DNA from: a virus
Lineage: Duplodnaviria > Heunggongvirae > Uroviricota > Caudoviricetes
DNA: 5,573 bases
Reading direction: 5' to 3' (one strand)
IMG/VR virus record: IMGVR_UViG_3300014970_000026
Shown: piece after piece, positions 1-5,573 of the stretch
Position numbering within the stretch: the first letter of the stretch is position 1
Layout of the letters: every line of letters starts with the position of its first letter
Translations under genes and position numbers: made by a program
The notes under the pieces: generated by a model
What the model was told of the DNA's origin: nothing
The model's input: the letters and a program-made list of their open reading frames with translations, nothing else
Database searches by the model: none

Positions 1-1074
1 CTGGACAAACTGACCGCTGCGTTTAAAGCCTCAGACGGGAAGACCGCCGAGCTGGTAAATATCATGCAGGACAACCTAGGCGGTGACTTTAAAGAGTTTC
101 AGTCCGCTTATGAGGCGGTGGGGACTGACCTGTTTGACCAGCAGGAAGGCGCGCTGCGTAAGCTCACGCAGACGGCCACAAAGTATGTGTTAAAACTCGA
201 TGGCTGGATCCAGAAAAACAAATCACTGGCGTCAACCATCGGCATCATTGCCGGTGGCGCGCTGGCGCTGACTGGCATCATCGGTGCAATTGGTCTTGTA
301 ACCTGGCCGGTTATCACCGGCATCAATGCCATCATCGCGGCAGCAGGCGCAATGGGGGCAGTCTTCACGACGGTTGGCAGTGCTGTTATGACCGCCATCG
401 GGGCTATTAGCTGGCCGGTTGTGGCCGTGGTGGCCGCCATTGTCGCCGGGGCGTTGCTTATCCGTAAATACTGGGAGCCTGTCAGCGCATTCTTTGGCGG
501 TGTGGTGAAAGGGCTGAAAGCGGCATTTGCGCCGGTGGGGGAGCTGTTCATGCCACTGAAACCGGTGTTTGACTGGCTGGGCGAAAAGTTACAGGCCGCG
601 TGGCAGTGGTTTAAAAACCTGATTGCCCCCGTCAAAGCCACCCAGGACACCCTGAACCGTTGTCGTGACACGGGTGTCATGTTCGGGCAGGCACTGGCTG
701 ACGCGTTGATGCTGCCGCTTAATGCGTTCAACAAACTGCGCAGCGGTATTGACTGGGTACTGGAAAAGCTCGGGGTCATCAACAAAGAGTCAGACACACT
801 TGACCAGACCGCCGCCAGAACTCATGCCGCCACGTATGGCACCGGTGGTTATATTCCGGCGACCAGCTCTTATGCAGGCTATCAGGCTTATCAGCCGGTC
901 ACGGCACCGGCTGGCCGCTCTTATGTGGACCAGAGTAAAAACGAATATCACATCAGCCTGACGGGTGGTACTGCGCCGGGGACACAGCTTGACCGCCAGT
1001 TACAGGATGCGCTCGAAAAATACGAGCGGGATAAACGTGCGCGCGCTCGTGCCAGCATGATGCATGACGGTTAA
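1..1074 (+). CDS. T: Phage tail tape measure protein (P2 gpT-like), C-terminal portion; 5' end lies outside the window
   Basis: Frame 1 is open from base 1 to the TAA at 1072-1074 (the ORF track only begins at the first Met, 64). It has a long Gly/Ala/Ile-rich hydrophobic segment typical of tape measure C-terminal regions, and sits immediately upstream of gpU and gpD as in P2. Confidence 0.85.
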   Translation: MDKLTAAFKASDGKTAELVNIMQDNLGGDFKEFQSAYEAVGTDLFDQQEGALRKLTQTATKYVLKLDGWIQKNKSLASTIGIIAGGALALTGIIGAIGLVTWPVITGINAIIAAAGAMGAVFTTVGSAVMTAIGAISWPVVAVVAAIVAGALLIRKYWEPVSAFFGGVVKGLKAAFAPVGELFMPLKPVFDWLGEKLQAAWQWFKNLIAPVKATQDTLNRCRDTGVMFGQALADALMLPLNAFNKLRSGIDWVLEKLGVINKESDTLDQTAARTHAATYGTGGYIPATSSYAGYQAYQPVTAPAGRSYVDQSKNEYHISLTGGTAPGTQLDRQLQDALEKYERDKRARARASMMHDG

Positions 1075-1088
1075 GGAGGTGACGAAAA

Positions 1089-1568
1089 ATGATGCTCGCG
1101 TTAGGTATGTTTGTTTTTATGCGCCAGACGCTGCCACACCAGACCATGCAGCGTGAATCAGATTATCGCTGGCCGTCAAATTCCCGTATCGGTAAACGGG
1201 AGGCCTACCAGTTTCTCGGTGTGGGTGAGGAAAACTTGACGCTGGCCGGTGTGCTTTATCCCGAACTGACCGGCGGAAAGCTGACGATGACCACGCTCAG
1301 GCTGATGGCAGAGGAAGGCCGGGCGTGGCCGTTGCTGGATGGCACAGGCATGATTTACGGCATGTATGTCATCAGCAGGGTGAGTGAAACAGGGAGTATT
1401 TTCTTTGCAGACGGCACACCCCGGAAAATTGATTTTACGCTGTCACTCACCCGCGTGGATGAATCACTGGCCGCGCTTTATGGCGATATCGGTAAACAGG
1501 CGGAGTCGCTCATCGGTAAGGCCGGTAGTCTGGCGACCAGATTCACAGGTATGATGGGGGCGGAATAA
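1089..1568 (+). CDS. U: Phage tail protein gpU (P2 tail completion/terminator protein U)
   Basis: 159-aa ORF. A strong SD (AGGAGGTGA) lies about 7 nt upstream of the ATG. Size and sequence match my recollection of P2 gpU. Its stop overlaps the gpD start (TAATG). Confidence 0.88.
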   Translation: MMLALGMFVFMRQTLPHQTMQRESDYRWPSNSRIGKREAYQFLGVGEENLTLAGVLYPELTGGKLTMTTLRLMAEEGRAWPLLDGTGMIYGMYVISRVSETGSIFFADGTPRKIDFTLSLTRVDESLAALYGDIGKQAESLIGKAGSLATRFTGMMGAE

Positions 1569-2731
1569 TGCTGGATGCGCTGACATTTGATGCAGGCAGT
1601 ACGCTGACGCCGGATTACATGCTGATGCTCGACAGCAGGGATATTACCGGCAATATCAGCGACCGTCTGATGAGCATGACCCTGACGGATAACCGGGGCT
1701 TTGAGGCTGATCAGCTTGATATTGAACTGAACGATGCCGACGGGCAGGTCGAACTGCCGGTTCGTGGCGCTGTTCTGACGGTGTATATCGGCTGGAAAGG
1801 TTTTGCCCTGGTATGCAAAGGGAAATTCACCGTTGATGAGGTAGAACACCGGGGCACGCCGGATGTGGTCGCCATCCGGGCCCGGAGTGCAGATTTTCGT
1901 GGCACGCTCAATTCCCGCCGTGAAGGCTCCTGGCATGACACCACGCTCGGTGCGATTGTTGAGGCGATAGCCTCCCGTAACAGGCTGGAAGCCAGTGTCG
2001 CTCCGTCACTGGCCGGAATTAAAATCCCGCACATCGACCAGTCGCAGGAGTCTGATGCAAAATTCCTGACCCGCCTTGCTGAACGCAACGGCGGTGAGGT
2101 GTCGGTAAAAATGGGAAAACTGTTGTTTCTCAAAGCGGGGCAGGGGGTGACGGCCAGCGGTAAAAAAATCCCGCAGATTACCATCACCCGCAGCGACGGC
2201 GACCGTCATCATTTTGCGATTGCTGACCGTGGAGCCTATACCGGCGTAACGGCAAAGTGGCTTCACACCAAAGACCCGAAGCCGCAAAAGCAGAAGGTAA
2301 AACTGAAACGCAAAAAGAAAGAAAAACACCTGCGCGCACTGGAGCACCCGAAAGCGAAACCAGTCACGCAGAAGAAAGCGCCAAAAGTACCGGAAGCGCG
2401 CGAAGGTGAATACATGGCCGGTGAGGCTGACAACGTTTTTGCCCTGACCACGGTATATGCCACGAAAGCACAGGCCATGCGTGCTGCTCAGGCGAAGTGG
2501 GATAAACTGCAACGGGGCGTTGCGGAGTTCTCCATCATCCTGGCTACCGGTCGTGCAGATATTTACACGGAAACACCGGTCAGAGTGTCAGGCTTTAAGC
2601 GCGTCATAGACGAGCAGGACTGGACAATCACTAAGGTGACACATTTTCTGAATAATAGCGGCTTCACGACGTCCTTAGAGCTTGAGGTCAGGCTTTCTGA
2701 TGTGGAGTACGAAACAGAAGATTATGAGTGA
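1568..2731 (+). CDS. D: Phage tail protein gpD (P2 gene D, late control/tail protein D)
   Basis: 387-aa ORF, the same length as P2 gpD. It contains the characteristic internal Lys/Pro-rich segment (KDPKPQKQKVKLKRKKKEKH...). Position between U and ogr is as in P2. Confidence 0.9.
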   Translation: MLDALTFDAGSTLTPDYMLMLDSRDITGNISDRLMSMTLTDNRGFEADQLDIELNDADGQVELPVRGAVLTVYIGWKGFALVCKGKFTVDEVEHRGTPDVVAIRARSADFRGTLNSRREGSWHDTTLGAIVEAIASRNRLEASVAPSLAGIKIPHIDQSQESDAKFLTRLAERNGGEVSVKMGKLLFLKAGQGVTASGKKIPQITITRSDGDRHHFAIADRGAYTGVTAKWLHTKDPKPQKQKVKLKRKKKEKHLRALEHPKAKPVTQKKAPKVPEAREGEYMAGEADNVFALTTVYATKAQAMRAAQAKWDKLQRGVAEFSIILATGRADIYTETPVRVSGFKRVIDEQDWTITKVTHFLNNSGFTTSLELEVRLSDVEYETEDYE

Positions 2732-2737
2732 TGTCTT

Positions 2738-2767
2738 TTGTTTATCTGTTTGTTTTATAAGGATAAT
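2738..2767 (+). promoter_or_regulatory. Candidate sigma70 promoter for ogr (-35 TTGTTT 2738-2743, -10 GATAAT 2762-2767)
   Basis: Hexamers read directly from the sequence with an 18-bp spacer in the 81-bp D-ogr intergenic region. P2 ogr is known to have its own promoter here. The exact hexamer assignment is inference. Confidence 0.35.
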
Positions 2768-2812
2768 TTAACTAAAATGGCACTATCAACAAAACCGGAA
2801 GAGGTGCTCGCG

Positions 2813-3031
2813 ATGTTTCATTGTCCTTTATGCCAGCATGCCGCACATGCGCGTACAAGCCGCTATATCACTGACACGACAAAAGAGCGTTATCATCAGT
2901 GCCAGAACGTGAATTGTAGTGCCACGTTCATCACTTATGAGTCGGTACAGCGATACATCGTGAAGCCGGGAGAAGTCCACGCCGTAAGGCCGCACCCGTT
3001 GCCGTCAGGGCAGCAAATTATGTGGATGTAA
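2813..3031 (+). CDS. ogr: Ogr, the P2 late-gene transcriptional activator (Cys4 zinc-finger protein, 72 aa)
   Basis: The translation from the ATG at 2813 (MFHCPLCQHAAHARTSRYITDTTKERYHQCQNVNCSATF...IMWM) shows the C-x2-C...C-x4-C zinc-binding motif and matches my memory of P2 Ogr. An SD (GGAAGAGGTG) precedes this ATG. The ORF-track start at 2738 is an in-frame upstream extension lacking an RBS. Confidence 0.93.
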   Translation: MFHCPLCQHAAHARTSRYITDTTKERYHQCQNVNCSATFITYESVQRYIVKPGEVHAVRPHPLPSGQQIMWM

Positions 3032-3042
3032 TTACAAACAGG

Positions 3043-3068
3043 AAGCCCCTCAGTCGAGGGGCTTTTTT
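3043..3068 (+). terminator. Rho-independent terminator downstream of ogr
   Basis: A 9-bp GC-rich stem (AAGCCCCTC / GAGGGGCTT) with a 4-nt loop is followed by T6 (3063-3068), 12 nt after the ogr stop. Confidence 0.8.
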
Positions 3069-3073
3069 GTCGA

Positions 3074-3092
3074 TGTGGTCAATGTGTGGACG
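3074..3092 (+). repeat. Direct repeats TGTGGTCA (3074-3081) and TGTGGACG (3085-3092), candidate P2 Int arm-type binding sites in the phage arm of attR
   Basis: Two 8-mers sharing TGTGG-CA/G, 11 bp apart (one helical turn), lying between ogr and the att core. My recollection of the P2 arm-site consensus is approximate. Confidence 0.4.
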
Positions 3093-3132
3093 TGACCAGA
3101 AATAAATCCTTTTATTTCATTGTATTACGCGT

Positions 3133-3159
3133 AAAAAATAAGCCCGTGTAAGGGAGATT
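3133..3159. repeat. P2-type attachment core (attR copy), AAAAAATAAGCCCGTGTAAGGGAGATT, coinciding with the 3' terminator of cyaR
   Basis: The 27-bp sequence matches the P2 att core as I remember it. It lies exactly at the transition from phage genes (ogr) to host genes (cyaR/yegQ). Confidence 0.6.
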
Positions 3160-3219
3160 ACACAGGCTAAGGAGGTGGTTCCTGGTACAGCTAGCATTTT
3201 ATGGGTTATGTTTTTCAGC
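3133..3219 (-). ncRNA. cyaR: CyaR (RyeE) Hfq-dependent small RNA
   Basis: The reverse complement of 3133-3219 reads GCUGAAAAACAUAACCCAUAAAAUGCUAGCUGUACCAGGAACCACCUCCUUAGCCUGUGUAAUCUCCCUUACACGGGCUUAUUUUUU, which matches the E. coli CyaR sequence as I recall it, including the terminator hairpin and U-tail. It lies between yegQ and ogr, as at the K-12 yegQ-cyaR-ogrK locus. Confidence 0.9.
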
Positions 3220-3226
3220 GAAACGG

Positions 3227-3272
3227 ATGATAACCTTAATAAATGCAGCTGTATGTGATCGGTTTCTAAGAA
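3227..3272 (-). promoter_or_regulatory. cyaR promoter: -10 TATCAT (3227-3232, minus strand) and a CRP-like site (plus-strand TGTGA-N6-TCTAA within 3251-3272) centred near -42
   Basis: Taking the CyaR 5' end at 3219, a TATCAT hexamer sits at about -13 to -8. One perfect CRP half-site (TGTGA, 3254-3258) pairs with a weaker half (TCTAA) at class-II spacing. cyaR is known to be CRP-cAMP activated. Confidence 0.5.
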
Positions 3273-3303
3273 TTTTCCATCCGGGAAAAATAATCGAAAT
3301 TAA

Positions 3304-4665
3304 TCACTTACCGTGGGGATTACGCGTGGTTTCCCCGGAGAAATTACGCATCAGCAGAGCGTAATTTAGCTCAAGATCCTGCGGGACCGGGAGCCACACA
3401 GTATAACCATCGCCTGGTGCGACCGGCATCGCTTCACCTTTGGCGTTTTCCATGTGCTCAAGGGTAAAGTTAATGTTGCCTTGCGGCGTCATCAGCTCAA
3501 GGCTGTCGCCAACGGAGAATTTATTTTTCACCGCTACCGCCGCGAGGTCCCCCTTGCGCTCACCGGTAAACTCACCAACAAACTGCTGGCGGTCAGAAAC
3601 TGAATAACCGTATTCGTAGTTCTGATAATCGTCGTGAGTATGACGACGCAGGAAACCTTCGGTATAGCCACGATGCGCCAGACCTTCCAGAGTTTCCAGC
3701 AGGCTGGTATCGAACGGTTTTCCCGCAGCGGCGTCATCGATAGCTTTGCGGTAAACCTGTGCGGTGCGTGCACAATAGTAGAAAGATTTGGTACGACCTT
3801 CGATTTTCAGCGAATGCACGCCCATTTTGGTCAGGCGTTCTACATGGGCGATGGCGCGCAGATCTTTCGAGTTCATGATGTAAGTGCCGTGCTCATCTTC
3901 AAACGCGGTCATATACTCGCCCGGACGCTGGGCCTCTTCGATCATAAACACTTTGTCGGTTGGTGCGCCGATACCCAGCGTCGGCTCAACATTTTGCACC
4001 GGAATCGGCTCGTACTTGTGTACGATGTTGCCAACATCATCTTCTTTCCCTTCCTGGACGTTGTACTCCCAGCGGCAGGCGTTGGTGCAGGTGCCCTGGT
4101 TCGGGTCGCGCTTGTTGATATAGCCAGAGAGCAGGCAGCGACCGGAGTAGGCCATGCACAGCGCGCCGTGAACGAAGATCTCGATCTCCATATCCGGCAC
4201 CTGATTGCGGATCTCTTCAATCTCTTCCAGCGACAGCTCGCGAGAGAGGATCACGCGGGTCAGGCCCATTTGCTGCCAGAATTTCACCGTCGCCCAGTTT
4301 ACGGCGTTAGCCTGCACCGAGAGGTGGATCGGCATTTCAGGGAAGTGCTCGCGCACCAGCATAATCAGCCCCGGATCGGACATAATCAGCGCATCCGGCC
4401 CCATTTCCACCACCGGTTTCAGGTCACGGATAAAGGTTTTCAGCTTGGCGTTGTGCGGTGCAATGTTGACCACGACATAAAACTTTTTCCCCAGCGCGTG
4501 GGCTTCATTGATGCCGAGCTGAAGATTTTCGTGGTTGAATTCGTTGTTGCGCACACGCAGGGAATAACGCGGCTGGCCCGCATAAACAGCATCTGCGCCA
4601 TAAGCGAAAGCGTAACGCATATTTTTCAGCGTTCCCGCCGGGGAAAGGAGTTCCGGTTTAAACAT
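3304..4665 (-). CDS. yegQ: YegQ/RlhA, U32-family peptidase-like protein (23S rRNA C2501 hydroxylation factor)
   Basis: 453-aa ORF whose translation (MFKPELLSPAGTLKNMRYAFAYGADAVYAGQPRYSLRVRNNEF...) matches my recollection of E. coli YegQ in sequence and length. It is adjacent to cyaR as in E. coli. Confidence 0.93.
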   Translation of the reverse strand: MFKPELLSPAGTLKNMRYAFAYGADAVYAGQPRYSLRVRNNEFNHENLQLGINEAHALGKKFYVVVNIAPHNAKLKTFIRDLKPVVEMGPDALIMSDPGLIMLVREHFPEMPIHLSVQANAVNWATVKFWQQMGLTRVILSRELSLEEIEEIRNQVPDMEIEIFVHGALCMAYSGRCLLSGYINKRDPNQGTCTNACRWEYNVQEGKEDDVGNIVHKYEPIPVQNVEPTLGIGAPTDKVFMIEEAQRPGEYMTAFEDEHGTYIMNSKDLRAIAHVERLTKMGVHSLKIEGRTKSFYYCARTAQVYRKAIDDAAAGKPFDTSLLETLEGLAHRGYTEGFLRRHTHDDYQNYEYGYSVSDRQQFVGEFTGERKGDLAAVAVKNKFSVGDSLELMTPQGNINFTLEHMENAKGEAMPVAPGDGYTVWLPVPQDLELNYALLMRNFSGETTRNPHGK

Positions 4666-4767
4666 AATTCTCTCGTTCTGATGACAGGTCAGATCCGCTT
4701 CACCTGATGAAGCGGTTAGGGGAGTGCCCCCACTTTAAGGGCGGGCATTGTAGCGCAATCGGCGGGT

Positions 4768-5064
4768 TTAGCTCCAGTGTAAATGTCTGGTGGCGTCCTG
4801 GTTTTGGTTAAGGATACGAATGACGATAATTTCCCCTGGTGATTGCAGGAAATAAATTACGTGGCGTTCAAAAGGAAGAACAAAAATACCTTCGCCTAAT
4901 TCAGGTCTGGGCGTACCTATATTATTGTTACTCAGAATCTGGAGAACGTCTGAAAGATGTTCCACATATCTGTCGGCTTGTGGTTCGCCGAAATGGTGAT
5001 AACTGTAATACCAGATGCCTTCTAAATCTTCATTGGCTTTTGGCATGAGTTTAATAATACGCAC
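4768..5064 (-). CDS. parE: ParE/RelE-family type II toxin
   Basis: 98-aa ORF from a GTG at 5064 (an in-frame ATG at 5046 would give 92 aa). The N-terminus aligns with ParE toxins (IKL...A.EDLEGIWYY) and the C-terminus carries the ParE-type VIRILNQNQD motif. It lies 1 nt downstream of the antitoxin stop. Confidence 0.78.
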   Translation of the reverse strand: MRIIKLMPKANEDLEGIWYYSYHHFGEPQADRYVEHLSDVLQILSNNNIGTPRPELGEGIFVLPFERHVIYFLQSPGEIIVIRILNQNQDATRHLHWS

Positions 5065-5065
5065 A

Positions 5066-5317
5066 TTATTTCCTTATCCCTGCTTTCACCTTCCGCAAAA
5101 ACGCGTCCTTTTCCCACGGCTGAGCTTCACCACTACTCAACCCTTCTGCAAGCATGTCACGTAATGCTTGCAGGCGAGACTCTGCTTGCTTTTCTCGAAG
5201 TAAGCGCAGTGACTCACGGATCACTTCGCTTTGGGTGCGATAGTCGCCGGATTCAATTAAGGACTCGATAAATTCACGCAACTCATCGCCGAGATCAACC
5301 GTCATCGTTCTGGCCAT
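5066..5317 (-). CDS. parD: ParD-family (COG3609, ribbon-helix-helix) type II antitoxin
   Basis: 83-aa ORF with an SD (AGGAGAG) 7 nt upstream of the ATG. The translation (…GDYRTQSEVIRESLRLLREKQAESRLQALRDMLAEGLSSGEAQPWEKDAFLRK…) closely follows the ParD antitoxin pattern. It sits upstream of and abuts the ParE-like gene. Confidence 0.78.
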   Translation of the reverse strand: MARTMTVDLGDELREFIESLIESGDYRTQSEVIRESLRLLREKQAESRLQALRDMLAEGLSSGEAQPWEKDAFLRKVKAGIRK

Positions 5318-5330
5318 GTTTATGCTCTCC

Positions 5331-5349
5331 TGTAAGTAAAAATCTTACA
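5331..5349. promoter_or_regulatory. Perfect inverted repeat TGTAAG-N7-CTTACA, candidate ParD operator overlapping the parDE promoter
   Basis: 6-bp perfect inverted repeat with a 7-bp A-rich spacer, 14-32 bp upstream of the parD start codon. Candidate hexamers on the minus strand are -35 GTGACG and -10 TACACT with a 17-bp spacer, just upstream of it. Confidence 0.4.
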
Positions 5350-5573
5350 TCAGTGTATGTCATAAACCGGATAGCGTCACGAAAAGTATTAGAAGATATT
5401 TTGGCAGATGAACATGTTCAGGAGGATAAGCATGGAGATGTTAAACAAAGAAAGCACAATGAGTATTCATCAGTGTCCACTATTTTAATGGCGCAGGTGG
5501 TAATGACTCCAACTTATTGATAGTGTTTTATGTTCAGATAATGCCCGATGACTTTGTCATGCAGCTCCACCGA

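Larger units (their letters stand above)
1..3159. mobile_element. Right end of a P2-like (Peduovirus) prophage, from the tail genes T-U-D-ogr to the attR core; the left boundary lies outside the window
   Basis: Gene order T-U-D-ogr matches the P2 late/tail region next to the att site. The 27-bp core-like sequence at 3133-3159 abuts host cyaR. The tail genes are translationally coupled (gpU stop overlaps gpD start). Confidence 0.85.

Noticed and set aside
108-797. 229-aa minus-strand ORF antisense to the tape measure gene
   Set aside because: It lies entirely inside the well-supported gpT reading frame on the opposite strand. Its Ala/Thr/Ser/Pro/Met-rich translation is the mirror image of the Gly/Ala/Ile-rich sense codons, and it has no RBS context.
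722-1147. Small ORFs 722-961 (+) and 953-1147 (-)
   Set aside because: The first is an alternative frame within gpT. The second is antisense across the T/U junction, which is occupied by the U ribosome-binding site. Neither has independent support.
1478-2512. Cluster of minus-strand ORFs (1478-1936, 1711-2187, 2006-2512, 2263-2478) antisense to gpU and gpD
   Set aside because: They overlap one another and the confident U and D genes, and have low-complexity translations. They are typical shadow ORFs.
2738-2812. N-terminal extension of ogr (ORF-track start at 2738, 97 aa)
   Set aside because: The extension (MFICLFYKDNLTK...) overlaps the ogr promoter and has no SD. The ATG at 2813 has a good SD and gives the canonical 72-aa Ogr.
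2732-2812. Possibility of a defence-system cargo slot between D and ogr
   Set aside because: The intergenic region is only 81 bp and is accounted for by the ogr promoter and leader. There is no room for an inserted gene, and the known P2 cargo hotspots (Z/fun, tin/old) lie outside this window.
3634-4707. 357-aa plus-strand ORF antisense to yegQ, plus smaller internal ORFs at 3534-3773, 3884-4123, 3942-4220 and 4205-4480
   Set aside because: yegQ on the minus strand is a recognisable, full-length U32-family protein. The antisense translation is Arg/His/Phe-rich with no recognisable domain. Long antisense ORFs are common opposite well-conserved genes.
4839-5048. 69-aa plus-strand ORF inside the parE-like gene
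   Set aside because: Antisense to a toxin gene with a strong family signature, and without an RBS. Treated as a shadow ORF.
1-5573. CRISPR arrays, tRNA or rRNA genes, IS elements
   Set aside because: No regularly spaced direct repeats, tRNA-like cloverleaf candidates or transposase-like ORFs are visible. The only mobile-element content is the prophage end.

Overview
This window is the right end of a P2-like (Peduovirus) prophage joined to the host chromosome at the 3' end of the sRNA gene cyaR. The prophage part runs tape-measure C-terminus (gpT), gpU, gpD, ogr, a rho-independent terminator, Int arm-type repeats and the att core. The host part follows on the minus strand: cyaR with a CRP-type promoter, then yegQ (rlhA, U32 peptidase family). 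Beyond yegQ lies an AT-rich two-gene islet encoding a ParE/RelE-family toxin and a ParD-family antitoxin, with a palindromic operator candidate. All identifications rest on reading the translations and remembered sequences; no searches were run. Nearly everything here is well-described biology and I do not see an obviously new multi-gene system. The only accessory-looking content is the parDE islet and the unexplained signals at the right edge (a mini-ORF with a perfect Shine-Dalgarno sequence and a truncated ORF).
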